A DNA stretch of 64,000 nt from an uncultured Pseudomonadota bacterium (GCA_963847705.1 CAWKBC010000035.1:1-64000), one strand, 5' to 3'. Counted from the first letter of the stretch, positions 31,874 through 42,560 are shown. Made by a program: numbers and translations. Notes: generated from the sequence alone by a model not told the origin.

Positions 31874-32068
31874 GCCGCGCCTCCTCGCCGATCATGAGAG
31901 CGCGATGCGAGGGGCGGGTCAAGCAAGCTCGTCGATTTTCGCGCGCTCGCCCGCTGATTTGGTGATCTGGGTCATCGGCTCCGCACGGCCGCGGAGCTTC
32001 GCCGGCCGAGGTGCGACTTCGTGGTTTTCCCCCGAGGCCTTTGATACGTTCGAACCGGGTTTGGGCGC

Positions 32069-32872
32069 ATGGATCAGGTGGGAACTTCGGCGAACGCCAG
32101 GTCCGGGGCGACGATCGCGCTCATGTACCACGCGCTCTGGGCCGTGGCCGAAGACAGGGCAGGGGCCGATCCGCACTATGCCGTGGCGATGCCGCGCTTC
32201 GCCGAGCAGCTCGCCCTCTGCCAGCGGATCGGCGGCGGCGCGGTCAGCGCGCGTGACTGGTTGAGCGGGCGGACGGGGATAATCCTGACCTTCGACGACG
32301 GGCACCTGAGCAACCACCGGCTGGGGTTCCCCGCCCTGCGGGCGGCGGGCGCGGGCGCCGATTTCTTCGTGAACCCGGCGCAGGTCGGGACGAGCGGGTT
32401 CGCCAGCTGGCCCGAGCTGCGCGAGATGGCCGAGGCGGGAATGTCGATCCAGTCGCACGGTCTCGATCACCGGAGCTATTTGACCACGCTCTCGCCGGCA
32501 CGCTTGCGCGAAGACCTCCGCCGCGCGCGGCTGGAGATCGAAGAGAAGGTCGGACAGCCGGTGACGCTGCTGGCCCCCCCGGGCGGCCGCGTCCCGCAGG
32601 ACCTCGAGCAGGTCGCCCAGGAGGTCGGCTACACCCACGTCTTCGGGTCGAACCCCGGAACGATCAGCCGCGATGGGCGCCACACCCACGGCCGTTTTCC
32701 CGTGACCGCCGGGCTCGATCAACGCGCCTTCGAATCGCTGCTGCGCGGGGGACGCGCCCGCCTTCGCGCGCAGCTCCGCCATGCGGTGCTGGCGCTGGCC
32801 AAACGGGCCCTCGGCGACGACAGGTACGAGCGCACGCGCGCGCGCTTCACCGGGACGACCGTCGAACACTGA
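32069..32872 (+). CDS. Polysaccharide deacetylase (CE4)
   Basis: LMYH, LTFDDG, IQSHGLDH, APPGG. Confidence 0.88.
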   Translation: MDQVGTSANARSGATIALMYHALWAVAEDRAGADPHYAVAMPRFAEQLALCQRIGGGAVSARDWLSGRTGIILTFDDGHLSNHRLGFPALRAAGAGADFFVNPAQVGTSGFASWPELREMAEAGMSIQSHGLDHRSYLTTLSPARLREDLRRARLEIEEKVGQPVTLLAPPGGRVPQDLEQVAQEVGYTHVFGSNPGTISRDGRHTHGRFPVTAGLDQRAFESLLRGGRARLRAQLRHAVLALAKRALGDDRYERTRARFTGTTVEH

Positions 32873-32874
32873 TC

Positions 32875-34095
32875 TTGCGCCCCCCGCGGCTTCTCTACGT
32901 CGTCTCGCTGTTTCCCTGCTGGTCGGAGACCTTCATCGTGCGTGAGATCGCCGCGCTGCTCGCCGCCGGCGCCGATGTCCGCATCCTTTCGCTGAAGCGG
33001 CCCTCCGAAGAACTGGTGCACCCGGAGGCCGAGCGGCTCCTGCCGCGCGTGCGACATCCCTTGCCGCCGGGGCCGGCCGCGCGGCGACGTGCCGCTGCCC
33101 TCTTGGCGCATCCGCGCGCGCTTGCGTCGCTGGCGCTGGCGCTGGGCCGGTCGCTGGCAAGGCGCCCGCTCGAGCTGGCGAAGTCACTCGAGGCCGTGGC
33201 CCGCGCCGTGGAGCAGCTCGACTGGGTGAGGGGGTTCGATCCCGACCTCATCCACGCCCACTGGGCCAGCTATCCGTCGACGGCGGCGCTGGCGCTGGGG
33301 CGTCTGGTCGGCAAGCCGTTCGGCTTCACCTGTCACGCCCACGACATCTTCGTGCACGATCACCTGTTGCGCGAGAAGCTCGAGTCGGCGGCGGTGCCCG
33401 TCACCGTCTCTCGCTACAACGTCGACTGGCTGGCCGCCCAGGTGACCGCGCGGGCGCGCGATCGGTTGACCGTCATTCATTGCGGCGTCGACCTGCCGAG
33501 CCTCCCGTTTCAAGCTGACGGACGGGAGGAGGCTCTGATCGTCACGGTGGGGCGGCTGGATCCGATCAAGGGATTCGGCGTCCTCATCGAGGCCCTGGCC
33601 GAGCTCAGACGGCAGGGGCGGCGCTTCCGCTGCCAGGTCATCGGCGAGGGGCCGCTTCGCGGCGAGCTGCAGGCCCACATCGATGGCCATGGGCTCTCCG
33701 GGCTGGTGGAGCTGGTCGGCGCCCGCCCCCAGGCAGAGGTGCGCGCGGCGCTGGGGGCGGCGACGATCTTCGCGCTCCCCAGCGTGATCGCCCCGAGCGG
33801 CGACCGGGACGGCATCCCGGTCTCGTTGATGGAGGCGATGGCGGCCGGCGCTCCGGTGGTGAGCACCCGCGTCTCGGGCATCCCGGAGCTGATCGAAGAC
33901 GAACGTGAAGGGCTGCTGGTCTCTCCGCGGGATTGGCGGGCGCTGGCCGGGGCGCTGGCGCGATTGCTCGACGACGGCGTGCTTCGTCGACGGCTGGCGG
34001 TCGGTGCGCGCGCCAAGGTCGAACGGGAGTTCGACGCCGCGCGCGAAGCGAACAAGCTGTTAGAGTTGTTCGCTCATGCTCGCGCCCGCGCCTGA
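32875..34095 (+). CDS. GT4 glycosyltransferase (WcaL-like)
   Basis: FP..SETFIVREI, HAHDIF, VGRLDPIKG, DGIPVSLMEAMA. Confidence 0.9.
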   Translation: MRPPRLLYVVSLFPCWSETFIVREIAALLAAGADVRILSLKRPSEELVHPEAERLLPRVRHPLPPGPAARRRAAALLAHPRALASLALALGRSLARRPLELAKSLEAVARAVEQLDWVRGFDPDLIHAHWASYPSTAALALGRLVGKPFGFTCHAHDIFVHDHLLREKLESAAVPVTVSRYNVDWLAAQVTARARDRLTVIHCGVDLPSLPFQADGREEALIVTVGRLDPIKGFGVLIEALAELRRQGRRFRCQVIGEGPLRGELQAHIDGHGLSGLVELVGARPQAEVRAALGAATIFALPSVIAPSGDRDGIPVSLMEAMAAGAPVVSTRVSGIPELIEDEREGLLVSPRDWRALAGALARLLDDGVLRRRLAVGARAKVEREFDAAREANKLLELFAHARARA

Positions 34096-35347
34096 TTCGA
34101 CCGTCGGTCCAAGCGCGATCGGGGCCGTGCAGGAGCACAGGGTGCGGTCGCTGCGCGTGCTGATGGTCCTGGAGAGCGATTTCACCCCGCGGGGAGGCGG
34201 CGGCGCGGAGTCGCAGGTCCGGACGCTGGCGCTTCACCTGCTGCGGCTCGGGCACCGAGCGACCGTCGTGACGCCGCTCCTGGCCCGTGGTCGGCAGCTC
34301 ACCGCCGAGCGCCGTGATCGCATCCCGGTCGGTCGCATCCGTTACCCGCGCCTGCCGACGATCGGCGCGGCGGTGATGTGTCTCCGCTTCGGGGCGTTTC
34401 TGCTCGGTCACGGCCGGCGCTACGACGCCTGGCATGTTCACATCGGGCATCACCTGGGCGCCGTCACCTGCTTCGTCGGTGCGCTCGTCGGCAAACCGGT
34501 GGTGGTGAAGATCTCGGGCTCCTGGGAGCTCGAAGAAGGGGTCATGGCTCCCGGTGGCCACAAGCTCTTCGACCGTCTGGCGCTCCGCTGGTTGAAACGC
34601 GCCAGCGCCGTGCAGGCGCTCAGCACGCGCATGGCGGCCGAGCTGACCCGGCGAGGGTTCCCCGTCGAGCGCATCCTGGTGCTACCGAATGCCGTCGACA
34701 CCGCGCGCTTCCCGCCCCGGTCAGCCCCGCGCGCGCCTGGCGCGCCGTTCACCGCGGTGTTCGTGGGCCGGCTGGTCCCCGACAAGGATCTGGCCACGCT
34801 GCTCGAGGCCTGGGCGCAAGCGTTCCCGCCGGGGCAAGCGGTCGACGCCCGGCTGCGGCTCGTGGGTGGCGGACCGCTGGAGGGGCGGCTGCGGGCGCAG
34901 GCGGAGCGGCTGGGGCTGGCGCGGCAGGTCGAATTCCTGGGCCACCGCGATCGGGTCGAGGAGGTGCTGGCCGACGCCGACGTCGGCGTGCTGCCCTCGC
35001 GCATCGAGGGCCTTTCGAACACCCTGCTCGAGTTCATGGCCAGCGGGCTCCCCCCGCTGGCCAGCCGGGTGAGCGGGAGCGAAGACTTCGTGGTCCCCGG
35101 GCGCAACGGCTGGCTCTTCGAGGTCTCGGACGTCTCGGCGCTGGCCGAGGCGCTTCGTGAGGCGAAGGCCCTCCCGCCCGAGAGCCTGGCCGTGATGGGG
35201 CGTCAGGCCCGGGCCGACGTGGAGGTGACCGCGTCGCTCGACATCGTGGCGGCGAGGCTGCAGGCGCTCTATGCGGGCGTGCCCCCGCGCGAGCTGTGGC
35301 CGGGGCTGGCGCCCGGTCCCGCTCCCCCTCTCGCGAGAGGTGCCTAG
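34076..35347 (+). CDS. GT4 glycosyltransferase
   Basis: GGGAE, PNAVD, FVGRL, EGLSNTLLEFMASG. Confidence 0.9.
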   Translation: MLAPAPDSTVGPSAIGAVQEHRVRSLRVLMVLESDFTPRGGGGAESQVRTLALHLLRLGHRATVVTPLLARGRQLTAERRDRIPVGRIRYPRLPTIGAAVMCLRFGAFLLGHGRRYDAWHVHIGHHLGAVTCFVGALVGKPVVVKISGSWELEEGVMAPGGHKLFDRLALRWLKRASAVQALSTRMAAELTRRGFPVERILVLPNAVDTARFPPRSAPRAPGAPFTAVFVGRLVPDKDLATLLEAWAQAFPPGQAVDARLRLVGGGPLEGRLRAQAERLGLARQVEFLGHRDRVEEVLADADVGVLPSRIEGLSNTLLEFMASGLPPLASRVSGSEDFVVPGRNGWLFEVSDVSALAEALREAKALPPESLAVMGRQARADVEVTASLDIVAARLQALYAGVPPRELWPGLAPGPAPPLARGA

Positions 35348-35350
35348 CTC

Positions 35351-37249
35351 ATGTGTGGGATCGCCGGCATCGTCGCCAATCCGGGGGGCGGGCTCCCGGA
35401 CCAGACAATCGGACAGGCGATGACCGACGCCATCACCCACCGCGGCCCCGACGACGACGGGATCTACCGCGACGACCAGGCGATGCTGGGCGTGCGCCGT
35501 CTGTCGATCATCGATCTGCTCGGCGGCCACCAGCCGGCGCACAACGAGGACGGCTCCGTGCAGGCGGTCTGCAACGGCGAGATCTACAACTACCGCGAGC
35601 TGCGCGGCGAGCTCGAGGCGCAGGGACACCGCTTCCACACCCGCTCCGACACCGAGGTGATCGTCCATGCCTATGAAGAATGGGGCGACGATGCCTTCGC
35701 GCACCTGGAAGGCATGTTCGGAATCGCGCTGTGGGACAGGCGCGCGCGCGCGCTGGTCCTGGCCCGCGACCGCTTCGGCGAAAAGCCCCTCTTCTACAGT
35801 CTGCAGCCTGGAGAGACGGGAGACAGGGGAGGTCGGCTGCTCTTCGCCAGCGAGCTCAAGTCGCTGCTGGTGGTCCCTGGGTTCAAGCGCGAGATCGACC
35901 CCGCGGCGGTTCGTTCCTACCTCTGTTTCGGCTACGTCCCCATGCCGGGCAGCATCTTCCGAGACGTCCACAAGCTGCCGCCGGGTCATTCGCTCCGTTT
36001 CGTCGACGGGCGGCTCGAGCTGCGGCGCTACTACCACCTCGAGCTCGAGCCCAAGCACGCGCTCGACGAACACGAGGCCGAGGAACAGCTGGCCACCCTG
36101 CTCGACCAGGCGGTGAAGAGCCGCCTGGTCTCGGACGTTCCGTTCGGCGCCTTCTTGAGCGGCGGGCTCGACTCGAGCGTGGTGGTTGCGCTCATGGCGC
36201 GTCACCTCCAGGCGCCGGTGCAGACGTTCTCCCTCGGTTTCCGCGAGTCCCACTACAATGAGCTGTCCGATGCGCGTCGCGTGGCGAGTCACCTCGAGAC
36301 CGAGCACCACGAGCTGATCGTCAAACCCAACGCGGTCGAGCTCCTCGAGCAGCTGGTCTGGTATCTCGACGAGCCTTTCGCCGATTCGTCGGCGGTGCCG
36401 ACCTACCTGGCGGCCAAGCTCGCGCGCCAGCACGTCAAGATGGTGCTCACCGGCGACGGAGGCGATGAGGCGTTCGCCGGCTACGGCCGCTACCTCCGTT
36501 TCTTGGCGCTGGAGCGGGCGGGGTCCCTCCGGCCGGCGGCCGCCGCTGCGGTGAGGTTCGCGGGGCGATGCGTTCCCGGATCGCGGGGCTATCGCCTGCA
36601 GCGCATCGCGGAGCGCCTCCGGCTGGAGTTCCCCGAGAGCTACCTCTCGGGCGTGGCGCTGACCCGCGCCGACGTCGCCGATCACATCTTGGGCGACGCC
36701 GTCCGCGCCGACGGCGGGGGGCACTACGGCGGGCTCGCCGAGGTGGCCAGGGCGTTCTCCTCTCTTCACCCTCTCGATCGCTGCGTCTCGATCGACTTTG
36801 CCAGCTATCTGCCGGACGACATCCTGGTGAAGTTGGATCGCATGACGATGGCGAACTCGCTCGAAGGACGTGCGCCGTTCCTGAGCCATCACCTGGTGGA
36901 GTTCGCGGTCCGACTCCCCGATACGCTGCGCGTCCGCGACGGACGAGGCAAACATCTGCTCCGCCGCACGGCGGCCCGGTGGCTTCCGCCCGAGGTGCTG
37001 AACAAACCCAAGCAGGGTTTCGCGATCCCGCTCGGACAGTGGTTTCGAGGCCCCTTGGCCGCGCTGGCGGGGGACCTCTTTGCCAGTCGGGCGTTTCGCG
37101 ATCGCGGCCTGCTGCAGCCGGAGGCGGCGCGCCGCTATCTCGACGGTCACCTGCGCGGCGACGCCGATCATGGCGAGCTGCTCTGGTCGATGGTCTCGCT
37201 CGAGCTCTGGGCGCGGCGCTATCTCGACGCCGGGTCGAGTCCGACATAA
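35351..37249 (+). CDS. asnB: Glutamine-hydrolysing asparagine synthase-like amidotransferase
   Basis: MCGIAG, HRGPD, NGEIYNY, LSGGLDSS, LTGDGGDE, KQGFAIP. Confidence 0.92.
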   Translation: MCGIAGIVANPGGGLPDQTIGQAMTDAITHRGPDDDGIYRDDQAMLGVRRLSIIDLLGGHQPAHNEDGSVQAVCNGEIYNYRELRGELEAQGHRFHTRSDTEVIVHAYEEWGDDAFAHLEGMFGIALWDRRARALVLARDRFGEKPLFYSLQPGETGDRGGRLLFASELKSLLVVPGFKREIDPAAVRSYLCFGYVPMPGSIFRDVHKLPPGHSLRFVDGRLELRRYYHLELEPKHALDEHEAEEQLATLLDQAVKSRLVSDVPFGAFLSGGLDSSVVVALMARHLQAPVQTFSLGFRESHYNELSDARRVASHLETEHHELIVKPNAVELLEQLVWYLDEPFADSSAVPTYLAAKLARQHVKMVLTGDGGDEAFAGYGRYLRFLALERAGSLRPAAAAAVRFAGRCVPGSRGYRLQRIAERLRLEFPESYLSGVALTRADVADHILGDAVRADGGGHYGGLAEVARAFSSLHPLDRCVSIDFASYLPDDILVKLDRMTMANSLEGRAPFLSHHLVEFAVRLPDTLRVRDGRGKHLLRRTAARWLPPEVLNKPKQGFAIPLGQWFRGPLAALAGDLFASRAFRDRGLLQPEAARRYLDGHLRGDADHGELLWSMVSLELWARRYLDAGSSPT

Positions 37250-37269
37250 CATCGGTCGCGAGGAGATCG

Positions 37270-37545
37270 ATGGGGATCGACGGAAAATCACTGTCAGAGA
37301 AGGTCACGCGCCTGGTGTTGGAGTACGCACAGACGCCCCCGCCCGAGGCGTCAGCGGGTGCGCCGCTCGATGGAAAGCTGACCTTGCGCGGAGATCTCGC
37401 CGTCGACTCGCTGGCCCTCGTCTCGCTGACGATTCGGCTGGGAGAGGAGCTGGGGGTCGACGTCGTCGAGAGTGGTCTCGATTTCAGTCAACTGGAGACG
37501 ATGGGAGATCTCTTGGCCGTCGCCGAGAAACTCAATCGCCATTGA
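37270..37545 (+). CDS. Acyl carrier protein
   Basis: AGGAG RBS, ATG 37270, 91 aa, DLAVDSLALVSL (Ppant Ser), TMGDL. Confidence 0.85.
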   Translation: MGIDGKSLSEKVTRLVLEYAQTPPPEASAGAPLDGKLTLRGDLAVDSLALVSLTIRLGEELGVDVVESGLDFSQLETMGDLLAVAEKLNRH

Positions 37546-37657
37546 CCGTTTGCGCGTCCTGACCGCCCTCTCCCCCGTCGCACTCAACCTGCCGTAATTG
37601 CTGTTTAATGTCCGGACGTCGGACCCGGAAACCTGGCGTGGCCGTGAAAATCTCCGA

Positions 37658-37687
37658 TTGACCGGGGAGGCCAAAGAATGGTACGAG
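37658..37687 (+). promoter_or_regulatory. Putative sigma70-type promoter for peptide 1
   Basis: TTGACC-N18-TACGAG in a lower-GC intergenic region. Confidence 0.35.
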
Positions 37688-37745
37688 TATGTGCTGGCAG
37701 GTGGTTGTTCAGAGGTCAGCAAACTCGAAGGGGACCAGAGAAATC

Positions 37746-37907
37746 ATGGACGCGAACAAAGACACGGTGACCGAGGGCAGCGAGAAGATCGGCCGGAACT
37801 CTGATGTGGCACCAGTCGCGGGAAACGCCGCCGACGAGGGTGAGTTCAAGATCGAGATCCGAAAGCTGGAAGTCCCGGTCCGCCCGCGCGGCGTCCTGGC
37901 TGAATAG
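37746..37907 (+). CDS. Putative RiPP precursor/scaffold peptide 1 (53 aa)
   Basis: MDANKDTVTEGSEKIGRNSDVAPVAGNAADEGEFKIEIRKLEVPVRPRGVLAE. Last 21 aa identical to the peptide at 42640. Confidence 0.85.
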   Translation: MDANKDTVTEGSEKIGRNSDVAPVAGNAADEGEFKIEIRKLEVPVRPRGVLAE

Positions 37908-37919
37908 GCTCGCCTCAGC

Positions 37920-37949
37920 GCCGCGCCGGCGCAAGGGCGCGGCAAAAAA
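37920..37949. terminator. Stem-loop immediately after peptide 1
   Basis: gccgcgcc-ggcgcaag-ggcgcggc followed by an A-run. Confidence 0.5.
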
Positions 37950-37964
37950 TCGAATGAGGGTTGG

Positions 37965-39905
37965 ATGACCGCGACGAACCTCGCGAAGGCGCCGGTTTAC
38001 TTTGGGACACCCGAGCGGCCTCTGTTCGGGTTCTACCACCCTCCCGCTGGCTCCCGGGTGCGCGGGACGGCGGTGTTGCTCTGCAATCCGCTGGGAGATG
38101 ATCTGATCCGCGCGCATCGTCCCTTCCGGCACCTGGCCGAGGATCTGTCTGCCGCGGGATTCCCCGTCCTTCGGTTCGACTTCGACGGGACGGGAGACTC
38201 GTCGGGAGACGAGCGGGATCCGAATCGCGTGGCCACCTGGCGCGCCGACGTCGGCCGCGCCGCGGCCGACTTGCGCGCGCGCAGCGGCGTGGAGCCGCTG
38301 GCCCTGGTCGGTCTCAGACTGGGGGGAACGTTTGCTGCGTTGGGCGCGGCGGATCTGGGCGGCGTCGACGCGCTCGTTCTGTGGGGCGCTTACGACAACG
38401 GCGGCGCGTTCGTTTCGGAGGCCACGAAAGCTCACAAGATGCACGTGATGCTGCAGCCGACCAGCTTCTCCGGTGGACCGCCGGCCAGCGACGGGCAAGA
38501 GGCGCTCGGCTTCCTGCTGGCGACGCAGACGATCGCCGATCTCGAGGCGATCGATCTCCTGTCGCTGCCCCGCTCGCCCGCCAGACGGACGCTGGTCCTC
38601 GACACCGCGAACGTCGAAACCGACAGCCCGCTGGTGGCGAAGCTGCGGGAGCTGGGTGGGGCGGTCACCCACCGTCACATCCCGGGCAACAAGTTCTTGA
38701 TCATCTCACCCCACCAGTCGGAGGTCCCCACGGCGGCCCTTTCGGCGATCACGGGTTGGCTTTCCGAGGAGTGCCCGTTCGCCGACCGCAGCTCGGCGAC
38801 CAGCGCGATGGCCGGTTCGGCGACCAGCGCGATGGCCGGTTCGGCGACCAGCGCCATGGCCGGTTCGGCGACCAGCGCCATGCCCGGCGTGGCGACCAGC
38901 GCGAGGCCCGGCCAGGCGTCCAACGACGCGAAGACGCCCCCGGCATGGGACGCGGCCCGCACGGTGAACAACCTGCGCGAGCGCCCCGTGTTCTTCGGGG
39001 GGCCTCGAAAACTGTTCGGGATCCTCACGGTGCCGCCGTCGAGCACCGCCCGACCCGATCTTCCGGCCATCATCCTGCTCAACGCCGGCACCGTTCATCG
39101 GGTGGGCTCGCACCGGCTCTACGTGCCGATGGCGCGCAAGTGGGCGGCGCTCGGGTTCCACGTGCTCCGCGTCGATCTCTCGGGGATTGGCGACAGCCCG
39201 GTTCCCGAGGGTCACCCCGAGAACCTCACCTACCCGCGCGAGGGCCTCGAGGACGCACGCGCCGCGATGGACTTCCTCGAGGACACCACGACGAGCGGGA
39301 AGTTCGTCGTCGCCGGTCTCTGTTCGGGCGGCGACATCGCCTTCCAGCTGGGGTTCAAGGAGCCGCGCGTGGCGAGCGCCATCATGATGAACCCGCGCAC
39401 TTTCTTGGTGAACGACCTGAGCATGGTCGATTCGTACGAACGGGCGCGCTGGTCCCAGCAGGCCGTGGCCCACAGCGACTCCTGGAAGGATCTTCTGAGC
39501 GGTGACGTGAACCTCACCCGCGCGTTCAAGCTGGCTGCACCGAAGGTGAAGGACCTGGTCGTGAGGCGTGCGAAACGAGCCATCACGGACCTCATGGGCG
39601 CCGTGCTCCCCAACGCGCCGGCCACCGAACAGCGTCGGGAGACCGACGTTCCCTACTGCCTCCGGTCGATGGCCGAACGCGGGGTCGACACCTACCTGTT
39701 CGTCACCGAGCACGACCCCGGCGTCGACTACGTCGATGCGAACTACGGACCGGCCATGAGCGCGCTCGCGTCGATCCCCAACTTCCGTCGAACCGACGTC
39801 AAGGGGACCGACCACACCTTCACCGCGCGCTGGGCACAGGAGCAGGTCAGCGCGATGATCACCGAGCACCTGACGCGACGATTCTTGGCGGCCCGGGCCG
39901 CGTAA
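37965..39905 (+). CDS. Tandem alpha/beta-hydrolase (putative acyltransferase, EPS-associated type)
   Basis: Domain 1: LRFDFDGTGDS, LVGLRLGG. Domain 2: NAG..HRVG..RLYV, RVDLSGIGDS, GLCSGG, DHTF. Confidence 0.85.
   Translation: MTATNLAKAPVYFGTPERPLFGFYHPPAGSRVRGTAVLLCNPLGDDLIRAHRPFRHLAEDLSAAGFPVLRFDFDGTGDSSGDERDPNRVATWRADVGRAAADLRARSGVEPLALVGLRLGGTFAALGAADLGGVDALVLWGAYDNGGAFVSEATKAHKMHVMLQPTSFSGGPPASDGQEALGFLLATQTIADLEAIDLLSLPRSPARRTLVLDTANVETDSPLVAKLRELGGAVTHRHIPGNKFLIISPHQSEVPTAALSAITGWLSEECPFADRSSATSAMAGSATSAMAGSATSAMAGSATSAMPGVATSARPGQASNDAKTPPAWDAARTVNNLRERPVFFGGPRKLFGILTVPPSSTARPDLPAIILLNAGTVHRVGSHRLYVPMARKWAALGFHVLRVDLSGIGDSPVPEGHPENLTYPREGLEDARAAMDFLEDTTTSGKFVVAGLCSGGDIAFQLGFKEPRVASAIMMNPRTFLVNDLSMVDSYERARWSQQAVAHSDSWKDLLSGDVNLTRAFKLAAPKVKDLVVRRAKRAITDLMGAVLPNAPATEQRRETDVPYCLRSMAERGVDTYLFVTEHDPGVDYVDANYGPAMSALASIPNFRRTDVKGTDHTFTARWAQEQVSAMITEHLTRRFLAARAA
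38793..38912 (+). repeat. 5 x 24-bp repeat in the hydrolase interdomain linker (SATSAMAG)
   Basis: tcggcgaccagcgc[g/c]atggccggt units, degenerating toward the 3' end. Confidence 0.9.
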
Positions 39906-40909
39906 TGGCCTTCAAGGCGCAAGCTGCGCTCGTCAAGGCGGGACCCCTCGAGCCGTTCGAATACGAGCCGCAGGAGCTGGGCGCGACGGACGTCGAGATC
40001 GAGATCTCGCACTGCGGCCTCTGCCACAGCGACATCCACCTGATCGACGACGGCTGGGGGCGCAGCAAGTACCCGCTGGTCCCGGGCCACGAGATCGCCG
40101 GGACTGTCGCGGCCGCAGGCTCGGCCGTCACTCACCTCACCGTCGGCCAGCGGGTCGGCGTCGGCTGGCAGCGAAGCGCTTGCCTGGAGTGCGATCTCTG
40201 CCTGGGCGGCGAAGAGAACCTGTGTCGCAAGCAGCAGGCGACCTGCATGGGCCATCACGGCGGCGTGGCCAACCGGATTCGCCTCGACGGCCGGTTCGCC
40301 TTCGCGCTGCCCGAGACGATGGACAGCGCCGTGGCCGCGCCGCTCCTCTGTGGCGGCGTCACCGTCTTCGCGCCGATGCGGCGCTTCGGGATCGGCGCCA
40401 CCAGCAGCGTGGCGGTGATCGGGATCGGCGGCCTCGGGCACATGGCGCTGCTGATGCTGCGCGCGCTCGGCTGCGAAACGACCGCCTTTTCGACCTCCGC
40501 CGCGAAGAAGGACGAAGCGCTGGCGATGGGAGCTGACCACTTTGCCTCCTCGACCGATCCGAGCGACATCCGTAAACACTTCGGCCGCTTCGATCTGGTG
40601 CTGTCGACCGTTCACGCCCGGCTCGACTGGACCACCTATCTCCAGACGCTGAGGGCCAACGGGACGCTCTGCCTGCTGGGGATGCCGCCGGGTGTCATTC
40701 AATTCCCGCCCGCCCTGCTGGTGACCGGCCAGCGCTCGATCACGGGCAGCGACATCGGCAGCCGGAAGGTCATTCGGGAGATGCTCGCCTTCGCGGCGCG
40801 CCACAAGGTGGCCCCGCAGATCGAGCGGATGCCGATGGCCGAGGCCAACGCGGCCTTGACGCGGCTGCGGCAGAACCAGGTGCGGTACCGCGTCGTCCTG
40901 GAGAATTAG
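39905..40909 (+). CDS. Zn-dependent NAD(P) alcohol dehydrogenase (cinnamyl-alcohol DH / YahK-Ahr family)
   Basis: CGLCHSD, PGHEI, CLECDLC..NLC, APLLCGG, GIGGLGH, YRVVL. TAATG coupling to the hydrolase. Confidence 0.92.
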   Translation: MAFKAQAALVKAGPLEPFEYEPQELGATDVEIEISHCGLCHSDIHLIDDGWGRSKYPLVPGHEIAGTVAAAGSAVTHLTVGQRVGVGWQRSACLECDLCLGGEENLCRKQQATCMGHHGGVANRIRLDGRFAFALPETMDSAVAAPLLCGGVTVFAPMRRFGIGATSSVAVIGIGGLGHMALLMLRALGCETTAFSTSAAKKDEALAMGADHFASSTDPSDIRKHFGRFDLVLSTVHARLDWTTYLQTLRANGTLCLLGMPPGVIQFPPALLVTGQRSITGSDIGSRKVIREMLAFAARHKVAPQIERMPMAEANAALTRLRQNQVRYRVVLEN

Positions 40910-40972
40910 ACGTCGGGCGGCCGCCCGGTGGTGGGCGGGGCACGACTCGCGTAGATTCTCGCTTCCGGGAGC

Positions 40973-42560
40973 ATGGAAATGAACGTTCAACTCTTCGACA
41001 GCACGTTGCGTGACGGCACGCAGAGCGAGGGTCTCTCCCTCTCCGTGGAGGACAAGCTCAAGATCTCGCGCCTGCTGGACGGCTTCGGCATCCACTACAT
41101 CGAGGGGGGCTACCCCGGGTCGAACCCGAAGGACGTCGAGTTCTTCCAGCGCGCCAAGTCGGTCACCTTCCGCCACGCCAAGCTGACCGCATTCGGGATG
41201 ACCCGCAAGCCGGGCGGGCGCGCCGACAGCGATCCGATCCTGGCGGCGATGGTGGCCGCCGAGACCCCCGCGGTCGCCGTGGTCGGAAAGACCTGGACGT
41301 TGCACGTCACCAAGATCGTCGGCACCACGCTGGAAGAGAACCTGGCGATGGTCGCGGACAGCGTCGCCTTCCTCAAGCAGAAGGGGCGCGAGGTGGTGTT
41401 CGACTGCGAGCACTTCTTCGACGGCTTCCGCGCCGATCCCGACTACGCGCTGGCGGTGGTCAAGGCCGCCTCGGCGGCGGGGGCCGACTGGATCGCCATG
41501 TGCGACACCAACGGCGGCAGCCTGCCGGGGACGATCACCGAGGTGGTTGGCGCGGTCAAACGGGCGGTCCTCACCCCGCTCGGGATTCACACCCACAATG
41601 ACTGCGACGTGGCGGTGGCCAACGCCTTCGCCGGGATCGAGGCCGGCTGTACCCAGGTGCAGGGGACGATGAACGGCTGGGGCGAGCGGTGCGGGAACGC
41701 CAATTTGATCTCGGTCATCGCCGGGCTGCAACTGAAGATGGGCCGGCGCTGCGTGCCGGAGGAGAACCTGGCCCGCCTCACCGAGCTCTCGCGGGCGGTC
41801 AGCGAGATCGCCAACATTCGCCCGCGCGCGCACGCCCCCTACGTGGGTCACTCGGCGTTCGCGCACAAAGGGGGGATGCACGTCGCCGCGGTGGAGAAGA
41901 TCCCCGCCAGCTACGAGCACATCGTCCCCGAGCGGGTCGGCAATCGGCGCCACATCGTCGTCTCGGAGCTGTCGGGGCGCGGCAACGTCCGCATGCGCGC
42001 CGGGGAGCTGGGAATCGACGTGCAAGGGAACGAAAAGCGCGTCCTCGAGCACATCAAGGAGCTGGAGAGCCAGGGCTACCAGTTCGAGGCGGCCGAGGGG
42101 TCGTTCGAGCTGCTCGGGCGACGCAGCCAGCCAAGCTACGTGGCCCCCTTCGACGTCCTCGACCTGGTCGTCATCTCGGAGCGGCGCCGCGGCAACTCGA
42201 TGTTCGCCGAGGCGACCGTGAAGCTGAAGATCGGCAACGAGAATCGTCCACGAGGTCGCGGAGGGGTCCGGGCCGGTGCACGCGCTCGACGGGGCCTTCC
42301 ACAAGGCGTTGAACCCTCACTTTCCGACGCTGCGCGACGTTCGCCTGGCCGACTACAAGGTTCGAATCCTAGATCCTGACGCGGCGACCAGCGCCAAGAC
42401 GCGCGTCCTCATCGAGGCGGCGCGCGGCGAGGAGCGCTGGAGCACCATCGGCGTGTCGCAGAACATCATCGAGGCCAGCGCCACAGCCCTGGCGGACGCT
42501 CTGGAGTTGCCGCTGGCCCGCCTCGCCTCCGCCCGGATTCCCGAGAGTGCCGCCGGCTGA
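40973..42560 (+). CDS. cimA: Citramalate synthase (LeuA family), apparent +1 indel at 42242-42243
   Basis: DSTLRDGTQ, YIEGGYPGSNPKD, GIHTHND, GERCGN, AFAHKGGMH. Removing one A joins ORFs 40973-42379 and 42276-42560 as NEIVHEVAEGSGPVHALD..DYKVRIL..WSTIGVSQNIIEAS (528 aa). Confidence 0.88.

Noticed and set aside
35351-37907. Lasso peptide cluster (AsnB as lasso cyclase)
   Set aside because: AsnB keeps the N-terminal Cys glutaminase domain and is in the GT operon. The peptides lack the lasso YxxP leader, Thr(-2) and ring Asp/Glu pattern.
40973-42560. cimA as a pseudogene or programmed frameshift
   Set aside because: No slippery sequence, both halves are well conserved, and the indel fits the recurring GATC error pattern.
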